NCBI GenBank assembly: GCA_043228905.1
Contig: JBHGNT010000001.1
Span: 33,356,001 to 33,420,000, forward strand
Source of the DNA: Azolla caroliniana
Taxonomy: Eukaryota > Plantae > Polypodiophyta
Length of the DNA: 64,000 bases
Reading direction: 5' to 3'
Numbering within the stretch: position 1 is the first letter of the stretch; each line of letters begins with the position of its first letter. Both the position numbers and the translations under genes were made by a program. This document shows positions 26,290 to 40,683 of this stretch, in pieces. The notes beneath the pieces are model-generated. The model did no database searches. It saw nothing but the letters and a program-made list of their open reading frames with translations, and was not told the origin of the DNA.

Positions 26290-28860
26290 TTTTACGAATC
26301 GTTTATAAACATAAGAAGGAAGGTTATCCCTGATATTATTCATACTTCTTAGACAGTTTTCATGCAAGATAGGAGTATATTTGATAATATTTTTTTGTTT
26401 TGGGAGTTGTCCGCCTCATCAACTATCACCAAGAAAGAGGACTTAGTAATTTTATTGTTAGATTTTGAAAACGCCTATGATAGAGTGAATTGGGACTTTT
26501 TAGAAGAGGCGATGAGAAGATTAGAGTTTCCAGAAACTTGGATTATTGCAGTGGCAGCTTTGTATAGATTAGCTTATAGTTCTATCTTAGTAGCAGGAGG
26601 TAGAGGAAGAAGATTTCAAACGTCACGATCAGTTTGCCAAGGGTGTAACCCCTTTCTTATTTCTTATTGTTATGAAGGTATTCTCCGTATATTTAAATTC
26701 AGTAGGTGCTAGATCCAAGGGTTGGTCGCGCCGATCTCTAACAAGATGATTTTAGATGTGGAGTTTGTAGATGATGTTGCACCATACATGCGTGCTGAAG
26801 AAGGTAATTTGTGTAAAGCACAGGCTTCATTGGAAACATTTTGTGTGGCCTCTAATGCAAAAATTAATTGGTATAAATCAATGGGTTTTTGGGTTTCTAT
26901 GCGACCATTGCCATCATGGAGACCATCTGAGTCCTTTCGTTGGATTCAAGAAGGAGTTTCAATTCGTTCCTTCGGTTGTCAGGTTGGTATAAATATGCAT
27001 AAGGAACGATTGTTAGCTCCTCCAATGTTATCACTTAGGAAAAAATTGTTGATTTGGGACACTACGGAATTGTCTAAAGCTAGCAAGGAGAGTAATGATT
27101 GCTAATTAGGTTCTCCTTTCATCAAGGTGGTATATTGCATCAACATTTTTGTTCTCTAGATCCTGTTTGTTGCAGATTCAACGGCTGGTTCGAAATTTTA
27201 TTGGATAGGAAGAAGTAATAACGATGCCCGTGCGCAGGTAGTTTGCACTTACGACATAATTTTCTGATGGTAGGTTAGGGTTGGTAGACCCATATAGTTA
27301 ATGTAAGGCTCTTCTTGCAAAATTTGTTGTTAGGGCTATGTTGCTTGCTCAAGGTATATGGTCTAAGTTGCTTTTAAACCGATTGGTTGAATATATTAAA
27401 TTGTCTACTGGTGATTTTTGGAAACCATCTCTAAGATGGGCATTCTTGTCTAATTTTAAGACGAGGCAGATACACGGTCCGAAAGATGGTTTTGTGGTTG
27501 GCATTTGTAAAGCATGGGATGCTGTTAAGTTTTTTTTATTCTTAGATGCCCATCTTCGAATGAAGAATTGTTGCGGGAACCTTTGATTTGGAATTTAATT
27601 TTTTCTGATGAGAGGGGTGTATTGTTGGAAGCCGACTACGATTACGATGGGTGGAGTTGGATAATGGTATAGCTACCACAATAGCCTCTTGGGGAAATTA
27701 TGTTTGCCATCTTAATAATTCCCAACTTGATGCTACTAGGTGTAGGGGTTTTAGAGCTATGTTTGATGCAATTCAGTTATCTTTAGGGAATTTTCTCTCT
27801 AATTGGTCACCTTCTTTTTTGCATGTTTGGTTTGGATATTTTAATCCGGTTGGTGTTAGGATAGGAGTAAAAGGAACAACATCTCAAGGAGACTGTTACT
27901 ATTTTGATGTATCCAAGGAAGGAAGATTATGAGCAACTAATGTGGTTCGTCAATTTGAGAAACGACATTGCAACATCCGGTGAGAGAGATTGGTAAATCT
28001 GATAAAAGGTGGATTTTAGATCCTTCTCCTTCTTATAGTATGTTATTTTGCCACCTATTGGTATTTAAAAAAAAGTCATTATTAGACTTGCATTGGGATC
28101 CATCAAATTATCTTTGGAAACATACAAATCTTTCGTCTCATACTAATTTTATTCAATTTTTTCAATATTCTCTGAAGTTGGGACGAAAGTTGCTCTTAAG
28201 TAGGAAATTGTATCCGCATCAGCTATGAAAGTGTGGTTGGCGAATGAGGACTCTTTAATGGATGCATCTAAATATTAGAAGTGGTTATGGAGTATGCAAA
28301 TTCCCACGAAAATTGTACTTTTTTGTTGGTTATTGATCCATTATGCACTACCGATGCGGGCTTGGTTACAACAATTAAATAGTAAGTCGTGTGGATTTGG
28401 TTGTGGATGTATGATAGAATCAATTAAGCATGTATTGTGGTCTTGTCCTAAAATTATGCAAGTATGGAAGATAATATTAAGGCTATTGATATTGATACAT
28501 GCTAATTGTGTGATCACTTGATGTGTGGTTAGGTGGGGCATTCTATAGGGACAACTGTTGTTATATGAAAAGGAGGATATAGTGGAAGCCTTTCACATAG
28601 TTCCTCCTCATATACAAATGGTTTAACCTTTTCTAATTGATAGTTTGCAATTTAGGGATGATATTATTTGGAAGGCAATTTCATTATTTCTGATGTGGGT
28701 AATTTGGAAGGCAGTTTTTGACAACCTCATTCATGATGTTTCTGTTATAATTGTTGATTTCTGGTTGTTACTTATTCACACATTACGTGGTTAGTATGAA
28801 AGTTTTACATGCAATGCCGATGTCATTCTCAGGAAGAAAATGCATTTTAAAAGGTTATGG
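26290..28860 (+). mobile_element. 5'-truncated, degenerate LINE (L1-like) retrotransposon: RT and zf-RVT remnants
   Basis: RSIFDNI, LLDFENAYDRVNWDFL, SRSVCQGC, EFVDD (FADD-like), KINWYKS and IPTKIVLFCWLLIH...CG..CG...ESIKHVLWSC, spread across frameshifts and stops. Confidence 0.9.
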
Positions 28861-30593
28861 GATACCAAGGCATATCTCTTTAGAGGAAAAAAAGAAGGAA
28901 GGTTGTCACATAAAGTACGAAATGAACATGTCGAAAGTCCTAGAAAATGTTCCAATTATGTGACCATTTATTTAGGTACTCAACATAGACGTCTCCCCCT
29001 AGTGGCAACTTGTGGTTGACGTGTTTACTTTGACGTTGCAATGTCCAACATTGTGCATGAACGTCTATTTCGTAAGCTACTTCTAGATTATGCTTCCCAA
29101 TTATTTCCCTCCACACCAAAGTTGTGGGTGCCAAATTACAAATTATCAACACAAGGCTGAACTTTCACAGATCTTTATATATTTGGTTTACCAATTTATT
29201 AAGTGCCACTATAGAATGTAGAGGATGAATGCATGACGTCATGGTCTCTACCAAGCTACAATCCTCCATAATTTCTTTTTACACGCAATTGGTGTGATTG
29301 TATATCATAATCATGTTTGCAACTCATGTTATCCAAAATTTACACATGCAAGAATCAAGATTCTCTTACGAGTACTTGATGCAAAACTCATACTACGAAA
29401 TACAAACTTGTATGTTCAAGAATCTTCTTAATGCCCACAAGGTAAGCTCAATGAGTAGCATATTAACTCAAGAGCATATTACAATGATGCGAAGATTATG
29501 ATCTCACAATATTTCTAAATCTTTATTAAGATTGATTTTTGACACCCCATGAACAAAGCTAGGATCTTTTGCGTCGATGGATGCATAATAAAGATGCAAG
29601 TAGCATTTAAGTCTTCCTAAAAGGATCAACAATGCTTGTAATGTGTGTCATCTTTTATTGTGGGATGCAAACATAAATTTTAAGACACAACAATTGATGT
29701 AAAATGGCATGTTTGTGCTTTATAGTCATGTTATTGAAACTAGTTGTAAGAAATATAATGGAAGAGGAGCTATAAATATGCCACATATTTACATAAGTAA
29801 AGTGGATTGTATTAATTCATTAACAGATCTCTATCTAATGTGTATTGAGTCATAGGGCTTCTTTTCTATAAACCCATATCACCTATGTTTGTCAATGTTT
29901 TCCATGTCCATAAGTGCACCCCTTACATGGATTGTAATGGTTGTGAAATTGGTTTCATATACCGTTCCCTATCTTTTCGATCCATGTATTAGCATCAATA
30001 GCTGGTTAACAATAACCTCGTGTCATAATCCTTACACACAATTAATCAGTTCATTTGCAACCTTGAATTGGAAACTACATTCTATAGATAACCTAACCTA
30101 AATCTTTTGAAGGCTTCTTTTCGGAGAATTGAATTCCATGTCAATGTACACAACTAATAACTTGATGGTCTAGATGAGTTCAATTGAGACGACTAGGTCA
30201 ACAATGGTCCAATCGGCTCACGGGTCCTTTACTGAGAGGATCACTATATGTTATTTTTGGTGTACGAAACTAATGAATGAGTACGGCCAACATGAGTTTG
30301 AAGCAAACCAAGGCTTGGGATCCATGAATTCATTGAAGGAGAGAGCTCTTATTCAAGTGCCACATAACTTGATGGTGAAATCAGTCATCAAATCATTCAT
30401 AAACACATGATGTATCTCCCAGCATTATGTGTATATGTAATAATGTATGCATCTATATCCAAATCTAAATCTAAATGTATATCTTTATCTATATATATAT
30501 ATATATCTATATCTATATCTATAGACTATATCCTATGTATAGGTGTTGAGCCATACATATAGTGATGAGCCCTTGTTTTTGTTCAATCCACAG

Positions 30594-30957
30594 ATGATTA
30601 GGACTGAAGCTATTCCGAAGAAGATGGGCATTCTGGATTGGATCCAAAAACCCATATCGAAGATAGCTCTCATTCTCTACACAGTTAGCTTCTGGTTGCT
30701 TTCCCTTGCAGTTCATTGGGTATGTAGCCTCCCCTGCTTCTTACAGGTCCTCCTTGGAATGGCTGTGGGCTTTTCTCTGATGGGATCGTTCTCCATCCAT
30801 CAAATGTGCCGGGGACACTCACGAAGATTATGTGTTAGTTTGCTTATCCTTTTCTCAAGCAATCTTGAATTAAAGGTTTTGTCTTGCACATCATCAAGAA
30901 ATAGCGAATGAAGTCATTATTGTTTGCAGCTTGCATGATATATATATATATATATAT

Positions 30958-31003
<46 letters not shown>

Positions 31004-34000
31004 CACTCGACATGTTTGATGGCCATAGCAGAGTGTTTATCTTTCTCAATTATCCTCACCAAGCTTGCATGATATATAATATACGTCACTTCACATGTTT
31101 TTGTGGCCATTGCAGAGTGTCCATCTTTCTCAGATATCCTCAGCAAGTACGGTCTCTTTGAGGAAACTTTTGCCGGATCATGAGAAAGCTCTGAGCTGGT
31201 TACCCAAACCTGATGATGCAGAAGCTGTGAGTAAAAACATATGTTTCTTGCTTTGCTTTCTACTAGAAAATGTGACTTATACTTCATCATTGTTGGTTGC
31301 TTTGAAAGGCAAGATGGATCAATGTGGCTATGGAAAAGTTTTGGCCCCTCCTCAAAGAAGTAAGTGACTACTCCTTATTGGCATTTTCAGCCACCGAAAT
31401 GGTTGTTTCCCCCGCCGATTACATAGAGGTTTAAAATCTTGTAATTTGTTTATACTAATGACAGGATATCTTCTTAAAAAAAAAAAAAAGTGACTCAAAT
31501 CCCTGCTTTGTCAACTTTTGAGTTTTCCTTAATGAAAGTGTGCTCGGTTATGTAAGGGTTGAAAATTATTCTATTATTTCCTCAGGCATCTTTAGGTATG
31601 ATTAAGGAGCAACTAATTGATGTGTTAAATAAATATAAGCCCCAAGTTATTCAAGAGCTTCGGGTTGCGAAACTCGACTTAGGGAATAGTTGCCCTTATG
31701 TGCAGGGTAATGATTGAAGAAAGCCCTTTCACATAAAATAATTTCAAATATACATAGACTATACGAAATTTTATATGTGAGTACTAACTACTCTTCATAA
31801 TTTCATTTTTGGTTTGATGGATAGGAATAAAGGCTCTACATGAGGAAGGAAACAAGATCTCATTTGAGGTTCAGATTGATTGGAGAGACAATGAGAATCA
31901 GGAAATGGTCCTTGACGTGCTCTCATCTGTTCCTGACTATGTAGTCCAGGTTTTCTTTTGTTCCGAATAAAATGATTCATCTTTTGCAATTGATGAAGAA
32001 TTCTTGTTGTTCTTTGAAAACTGCTCAAAGTTAATAAATGTCTCCCCATTGTATCTTATTTTACAGGTCAAGAATTTTGTGATATATGCTGTCATGAAGC
32101 TGACCTTCATGCCATTCAAAGAAGAGTTTCCATGTTTCGGAGCTATGATTTTGTCTATTATAGAGCCTGTAAGATTTTTTTGTCTTTAAATTCAATACTG
32201 CTTTCTCAAATGAGCATGATTTTTCAGAGTACTCACTCATTACAGAAAGGGTATTTGGTGGAGATGAACAGCCCTTGATAGATTTCCAATCCAGGTTTAT
32301 CAGTGGCGATCTCATTCAAATGCCAGAAGTGAAGAAGGCGGTGGATGTAAGCATCTTCTATGCATAAACATAATTTCTCAATATCATTTATTAACTATGG
32401 AATGATGAATGCATGCATAGCCAATGCATCTCATGTATCAAACTGTTTAAATCTGTGGATTTATATGTGCAGGACACCTTATTAGGAACACTCACATACC
32501 TTCTCGTTTCACCAAGCCGTGTTGTTGTACCCTTTATTCCAGGAGACTACAGGTAATTTACGCACAATCTCTCTTTCCTTCATAAGAAACCATTCTATAG
32601 TCAATAAAGTATAGTTTCCAACTTGCTAGGATGATAGGAATATAAAGCCAATAATACAATACAATCTTTAATTGTCCATATTAATTCCTCTTTGGATATA
32701 TAATTTGTTTCAAATTTTCCAGTGATCTAGAGGCAACCTGTGTTGGAATTCTCAATGTACAATTAATAGAGGCAAAAGAGTTGGCAAATAAATATATAAC
32801 CGGAAGATCAGATCCATACGCTGTGCTGTTTATTAGGAGGGTGGATAACCTTACAAAGAAGAGCACCCTGGTACATGACACCTCAGATCCTATATGGAAT
32901 GAAAGCTTCCAATTCGATGTATGTTGCTTCTTAGAAACATTAGCTATTTTCTTTTCCTATTCTGAATGCTTTTCCCAAATCTGGTATAAAAAGCTTTATT
33001 TATGTAGATTGAAGATGCAAAAGTGCAAAAACTTACGGTTAAAGTTCTGAATTGGGATGGTGAAGGTCTTGATTTGTGTGTGGGTACTGCAGAAATCCCT
33101 ATTAATCAGGTTTATGAGGCCACTAGTTGTTTTTCTTCACTTTTGGGAAATACCTTCCATCTTTTATCTGATTGTTTATGCCAACAGCTCAACGAAAACG
33201 TTTCAAAGGATGTTTGGATTGATCTCATGGGCGATCCCCAAAAGTTGGACGAGAAGTCTGCAGGGAAGGTCCATTTGTCTCTGGAGTTAAAACCAAGGAA
33301 TTTCATTGGTGATGAGCGTGGCTTCATCACAGATCAAGCATCATTTTCAATTCCAGAATCCAGTGAGATTTTGAAGCTGCATAGGGACAAGACAGCACTT
33401 ACAGTCTCTTCCACCATGGAGGGATTAAAAATTGTGTTAGATGTCATGGACGTGGAAACATGTATCAATGCTTTGAATCCTCCTGATAGGTCTAGTTCCT
33501 TGGACAGGTTGATGATAAAGGAGCCGAATATACTAGATGTAAATTCCAAAATAAAAGTTGAAAGTGCAAGTGTTGATGATGATAATGTTGATAAAGCAGA
33601 TACCAAAGCCAATGGTTATGGCATGAATGATGGAAAAGTTGGTTTAGAATGCAGTGGCAATATGGTAGGCTTGTCATTACTATTAGACCAAACTTCATCA
33701 AAAATTAAAGATGCCAGCACCAAAGAGGAAGTAATGCCAAATCCAATGGAAAGTGTGACAGACACTAGATCGTACATGTGCCTGGAAGATATGGCATGTC
33801 CTTCCAAGGTTTTAAAGAATACCGAAGCCCATTTTCAGGAGAACGTTTTGAAGGTTGAGTGTATTAAATCAACCATAGTAGAAGTTGCTGATACTGATGC
33901 TGATGCTGGAAACCCCTCTGAAAATGCTTGTGTTTTACAGTTTGAAAATGTACCCGAAACTCTTTCTCTGGAGATGGAAAGGGACGGCATTGATGCAATG

Positions 34001-34231
34001 GAGGAAGTCATAAATACTGGATCAGGCATCAGCATGACCTCTCTAAAGACTTTTGAAAAAGGAAACGATTTCAACTTTGAAAAGGATCCAGTGGAGAATG
34101 AGAGAGAGCGATGTTCATGTATTTCTCAAAGCCCAATTGAGAATCAAAGCAGATCTGGAAATCAAGATGAACCAGGAAGAGTTTGGAATATACATGATAT
34201 GTTGGATTCAGAGATATTTGAAGTCGATTAA
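30594..34231 (+). CDS. Synaptotagmin-like protein (TM + SMP + single C2 + long acidic tail), SYT4/5-related; 11 exons
   Basis: Exons join in frame: hydrophobic N-terminus, ARWINVAMEKFWP, LDLGNSCPYVQG, EEFPCFGA, PFIPGDYSDLE...GILNVQLIEAKEL...SDPYA...DPIWNESFQFDIED, KDVWIDL...GKVHLSL. Confidence 0.88.
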
Positions 34232-37200
34232 TTTTGAGAATATATATGCACACTAAACTGACATATCAATAGATCTGTTTGACACTACCTAAATATTATA
34301 TATAAGTTGTGGAGATACTATCAAGCTACATATTAATGGTAGATCTTGATAAGAAAACTCTTCATGCAAAGTCTGGCAATCTTTCAGCCTATCTACACAA
34401 CACGGATTTTGATGTCAAATTGATGAATGTAATGCCAAAGCAATGGCATTGGGAGTACAATGACAGTTCACTGATCCTATTTATGATTGGTACACTGCAT
34501 TCAATACATAAGATTGCAAATGCTTCCTGAAATTTTGTTACCATTACTTTTAAGCATTACCTGGTATGCTAAGAATGCACTAATTTATGGAATCGATGTT
34601 TTTGAACAAGCATGATAAATTATAATCATCTTGAGTATTTGCATTGTCCAAATGTGTACTTTCGTTTTGCAGTTTCTATGATTCTGTGAGTGCCATGTCT
34701 ATGTTTGAATTATAGCCATTTCCAACTAAGCTAAAAAGATGCATTTGTGATGAAATTATGCTGTGGTTTGGCTTTTTATCTACAAAAATCTCTTATAGTT
34801 TACCGTGTTTTCTAAGAAAAAAATGTGGATCTAATGATCAGATCTATGTGTAGTGGCTCCCTAGCTAGTATATATCATATAAATAAGCGCTTGTTTTTGC
34901 AGTTGGGGAATCTATATCTAAACACAAGCTTGTTAAAATCAGCGAAGTTTTCAACATTCAATTAAGTGAGAGTCCTGGAAATCCCATTATGGAGGTCAAC
35001 CCCTCAAGCACCATACTATTGAAATTTATGCCACACCAAAAACAAAGATATTGGCTATATAGGCACATAATGTCCACAACTAGACTTGTGTAAGACCAAA
35101 TATTCATTACGTGAGAGATCAGAGGTTATGTGGTAATGCTCGAAATTCAAGCCATTAGAACCTACAAAAGAATCATGTATGAGTCAACATCAAAGAGCCT
35201 TAACATGAGTTTGACATTTGGGAGAGCCCTTTAAAGGATGATGGATAAGAGCTTGTTTGTTTTTGTCTTATCTTATGCCACTTTCAAATATGAATCCTTC
35301 CAATGAAACTTTGATTGGCAAGCCAATGGTGTTGGAGGTCGACAAAAACATTTATGTAACTGAATGAGACGAAAACTTTTTAATATAGCATTGGTGTTTC
35401 TTTTTCTTTTCTCTTTTTTTTTTTGGGGTGGGGGGGGGGGGGAGGAGGCATGGGGACAAAATGTCTATGTATTTGCCTATAAAAGATTATACTAACAGTG
35501 ACAAACTACTCCATATAAAGTCAATTCAAAATCACTGCAACTTTTAGTAGAACTAGGGTTTTTACCCTTACATGGTGAGAGAGTGGTGCCACTCTCCTAG
35601 TTCATCTCTATAATGAAAATGTCATCTCATGGACACTTGAATTGGAAGCCCAGTGATCTTATTAATTTTAGTTACTTTGCTTCAACATATTTTGCTCAAT
35701 ATGTAGTTGTTTTGTAACTAGGTGCATATAATGAGCTTTAGATTTATTCCGGTTATTGAATTTCGGTGAGTAGGATACTTTGATAATATCTAAAAGAAAA
35801 GAAAATTAGAAAATGTCAACGAAAATAAGTACTTGGAATATAGTGATGAATATTGGAGGTGGGGGCAAGATCACAATTCGTTAGCCTTCAATGGTGAGTG
35901 ATCCTATTGTGTGACCTTGGGAATATGTAGTTGAAGGGAAAATATTTATATTCCAATGCCGTAATTGCTAGGGCTAAGAGGGCGCCATGCTCCCAAGGTC
36001 TTGCATCCGCACCTTGCTCAAAGTAGGATTGTTGGGCAACACCCTATTTTGCTATGCTATAGCTTTGGTTCCCAATTTTGGGGTCTAAAGAGTCTTTCAA
36101 CATTCACACAACCCCTTGTTACATACACACATCAATGACCTGGCAAGGTTTATTTATACCCATGCTTGGGTGTCTCATAGTAGGATTTCCCAATATCACC
36201 CAACTTGTTTAGAGACTTTCGTTCCTCTCACACAACAAACTTACATTGGGGCTTGAAGTGTTATCATGCGGCTAAAGAATTTTATTTGCGGTTCTAGGAT
36301 ATGCATAGGCTTCACAATCAACACCCTTATTGTACATTTTCATGGTTCTTTTTATCCTTCCTTCGCATTGAGAATCGCCTCAAGCCTTCAATAGAGTTAT
36401 TCTAGAGATTCTTGATTTATTGGCTCACAAGGTTTCTCCCTCTTCATTTAGTTGCTACAAGCACTTATCTTTCTTAATCGGCATATTAATTGCATGAAAT
36501 ATACCATTTTCCCATAGATGTTCTCACTACATATTGCAAGTCCTTTGTTCACGAAATACTTTTCCAATTCGGCATTGGTTTTCCAATATATCTCCACCAA
36601 TTAGTTTTCCTGGCTTTCCGCACTTCACTCAAGCCTAGAGTGTCTCCACTTGAGCTCCTCGATGGAGACTTAATTTCTACAACATCTCCCATTTGATGTC
36701 TTGGAGTTTCATTATCATACTACCATTGATGATTCAAGATGACATTTCTTGCCGTTACAATGCCACTCTTTCTCATCCTAACAAGGGTCATGCTATCTTT
36801 CAAATCTAGTTCTCCCATGATGTTGTGATGGTAAGGAGAGCCCTAGCATTCATCAAGTCACATGCCTTATCTTTCATGCTAGTAGCAATTCACATCTATG
36901 TAGATTCAGTATAGATTACCAGATCAATTTCACATCTCTTGAAGCTATAAGGGTTGTGTTCACCAATGTGTGCCCAAATTTGCATCTTAAATGTTTACCC
37001 TGCCTCATTTTCCATATGGTAGTTAGCTAAAAGATTTATATATATTCTTTGCATTTATGGTGATCATATGACATTGACAACATAATTTAGTTTTTCCACA
37101 ATTCGTGTGTGTGTGTGTGTGTGTGTGGAGTAGCCATGCGCCTAGCCCATGTGGCCTCCATGTGTAACAATTAAGTGCCATGTGAGCTTGTGATAGCCCA

Positions 37201-40200
37201 TTTGGGCCTCTATATAAGTGGAGTGTCTGCCCACCAAAGGGGTAGAGTAGATTTCCTTTCCTTCTTGCTTCTTGTGTATATCACAATACACACACACACA
37301 CACACACACACTAGAAAAATGAGACAACAATACATTAAATTGTATACGGCACAAGGAAAACAATACGTATGACTATGAGGTATGTTTTTTTGAGAGGGAG
37401 ACAATGACAAGAAAGAAAAACGAGACATTACGTGCATACCTCAAACTATGGTAGGCATTCTCATTTATGCTCAAATGTCTTGGATGCATTATGGATATAT
37501 AAGATAGAGACCTGACCCGAAGATAGAGGAATTTAGATGTACATTGTATATCACAATAAAACATCCAAATTATTGCAACAAAGAAAGCTCACTGCTCTTT
37601 ATAAAAATGTTCTAGTATTAAAAAGCACAATTGTTATTTAATCATCATGGGTACGGGCTTTAGAAAAACATTTCAAACTAGACTTTTCAAAACCAGAGAG
37701 CAAGTGAAGAGAGTCTCATTGCCATTCGAAGACTAACATCCATTATTCACACATGCATAAAATGCCATATTGAATATATTATTTGTGGCTTCGAAACTAG
37801 CCACATTTGAGATACAATTAGTTGTGCTGCCCAAGGTTTTTAAAGATGAGAGTATTACTCCCCAAAACTTGAAATGCCGATTCCCACAAGACCACTTGAA
37901 TTAAAAAATCATAGACTTTTTCGAAGAATCGTAATTATTATCACTTTCTTTTCGTACTTCAAATCGTACTTAAAAGTAGATAGACCACAATAGATCGACG
38001 ATAAATACATTGCATTCTGTTGAAAAGTAGGTTGTCGAATAAAGGCATAAAGTCTCTTAATTGCAATTGTGTCAACGAATTAACATATAAGACATCCATG
38101 TACAAAAATTAGTAGCTCATGACAAGTAAAGGTGATTTTTCACAATGTGATTACCGCTATACAATAATGCCACATCACACGCACATATTTTTGTTTGACA
38201 CAATACATCCAATCGTAAAGAGTACATATGTTTAATGATAATAATAACACCTCAACCAATGAGTACCAATAAAGTGTAACCAATCCCAACCACATGAAGG
38301 TTCGTATTAGGGCATCATTTTCTTAAGCATTGATTGCAACTATTTATTGACAAACGTTAGGAAAATTCTGGATAAAATTCTTCATCCTTTCACACTAATC
38401 TTTTGAATGATAGGTTATAGTCGTACGATAGGGTTTTCGTAACATCTAAAATAAAATCTTAGGCAGGCCCCAATGCAAAAGTATATCCATGGCATGGCAT
38501 TTGTTATGAGGCCTCATTTTACATAATGTTAATTTTTAAAGTTGCAATGCAAAACGCAACACCAAATCCTTGTTGACAATGTTGTCTTGAATTAAGCCAT
38601 TATGGACACATGTAAATAGACATGGCACACATGTAGAGTATGATAACATATCACAAGAATATTATGTATTGAATATGTACGTATAAAATCATTTGTTTAA
38701 AGGTAAATTCAAGCACGTTGTAATATACATATACTATCCTTTACGTAGGAAAGGCCTTAAATTAGAGTTCTCTAAGTAGAAAACCCCATCTATGAATTAG
38801 GAAATCCAGCAATGGAATGGATCAATCTAGTGGACTAGTATACGTCGTTGTCATTTGTTACCATGTAAAGAAGTGCACAATAAGACAAGTCTCGTTGTAA
38901 AGATGACACGAATTCTCGAGACTTGAGTAGCAATCGATTTACACATAACATGATTGTGAGTTAATAAAATATACAAGAGTTTTTCTATGAGACGCCACTA
39001 GTCTTGATGAATTCGGCATACATCCTTTTAGTACTTCAAAGGAGACCATTCGCGTACTTAAAAAAGTGGAGAAACCATGTGTTGGCAGATATGCTAGTAT
39101 GTCATTGTGTATAAAGTAACTATAACGTGACGCAAGTCTCCATCCTAGTGTTACATCGTCTTATAATTAACAAATTATGAATTAACATATATGAGAGTGT
39201 AGAGTGAAAAAGATACACAAATTAGTTAAAACAACACATGAGGTGTAACGACAAGAATGATGGGTGTCCACAAGTCTTGAAGTCGGCGGACATTTCATAT
39301 GATCTTTACATGTAATGTACTAAGAACATTTTCAAAGTAGGCGGACATTTCGATCACATTTGCAAAGAAATATCTCGAGCGTTGCTGCAATGATAATAAT
39401 CATAAAAATAATAACAAAGGATGAGATCAAAGAGTAGTATATACATTTCCAAAGAATAAATCAAAGAGCTCTAAACCAATGTGACCTACAAAAACCTTTA
39501 ACAATGAGCCTTTTTGTGGCATGTATTATAACTAAGGGTAAGTATTTCATTTTTTAAGCTTGGCTTTACAATAACATCTCAAAGGAGTTTGATGGGACAA
39601 AGGATTTTTCCGACTGACTACAAGCCACATGATCGTCGTGAGGCGACACCATGTGACCATTCTCACTCCGAAGCATAAGTTATGTATTGAATAACCCCAA
39701 AGAAGCTGCACCTACCGAGTCTCCTTGGGTCGCCACATCACGAGGTGTGGGGAGCGGAAATTCAGTTGGGCCCGAAAACCGTCGATGGGCGGGCGGGCAG
39801 GTGGGCGAGAGATCAATTATGGCCGGCCCGGTCATGGAGAACCATATGCACTGACTTGTGGGTGTCCAAAAACATCCTATTGGGTCTTTTTTTTCCTTCC
39901 TTTTTTTTTTAAAATCACAAGAAAAGAAGGAATACACATAATAATAATCTTCCCCCAACTATTTAGGGTTTCTAAATTTGAGGCAAGTCAGATTAAATCA
40001 TGTACATTTCTATTTTTGAGAACCTAAAGATCATCAGATTCCCCCCCCCCCCCCCCCCCCCCTTCCCCCATACATTTAGGGTTCCTGATTTGGCATGTGG
40101 TATGTATGGTTAATTATGATCCCCAAATGATAAGGTTTTAATTAGGCTAATTAATCTCTAACTATGGCCTTGGATTCACCTAATCATGTTTTGCAAACTA

Positions 40201-40383
40201 ATGGATTACTACCATTTGTCCCATCCTGCGGCGCAGCCGCTTAAAAATGCATCCGCGATCATATGGGCAAACTAATTGCTAAAAGAGACCAAGAGTATCA
40301 TCATCATTAACCACACTTAAAGTTAATTATTTCCTGATTAAGTGTGGTTAAAATATGAATGATGACAATCTAAATGTTCGCCA

Positions 40384-40683
40384 CTACCGGGTGGTGTCGT
40401 CGATGACCTGAACCTCTAATGGCGGACGAAGGATGGATGAATGATGAAGATGATGATGATGATGATTCTGTTCATTAGTGATAGGTGGGATTAATGCATC
40501 ATCGTGATTAGTCTGGTTCTCAGGGTAATTAAGATTAGTATCTATATTGATCATGACCTGTTCTGGTTCGCTAATTATGGGCGGCTCAATCTGTTTCACA
40601 GCAGCACCGTAGCATATCAATGCGAGCCAAACCAATGCCACCACCGCTAGCGCAACCAACCATGCCATGTGCCTGTGATCCAT
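40384..40683 (-). CDS. Small orphan protein (99 aa) with N-terminal hydrophobic segment and His-rich region
   Basis: ATG-started ORF with AWLVALAVVALVWLALICYGAAV, then a Pro/Glu/Asn/His-rich tail. An upstream TATA-like TTTATAAAT (~41105) and a CAG|GTGAG donor (~40896) on the same strand suggest a transcription unit. Confidence 0.5.
   Translation of the reverse strand: MDHRHMAWLVALAVVALVWLALICYGAAVKQIEPPIISEPEQVMINIDTNLNYPENQTNHDDALIPPITNEQNHHHHHLHHSSILRPPLEVQVIDDTTR

Noticed and set aside
39680-39840. GC-rich patch with GCCC motifs and a USE-like CCCCACACCTCG (possible snRNA promoter)
   Set aside because: No TATA box at the proper spacing and no recognisable snRNA downstream.
40573-40592. 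Minus-strand GATTGAGCCGC resembling the 5' part of miR171
   Set aside because: Only 11 nt match, no star arm or hairpin is visible nearby, and it lies within the 99-aa ORF.
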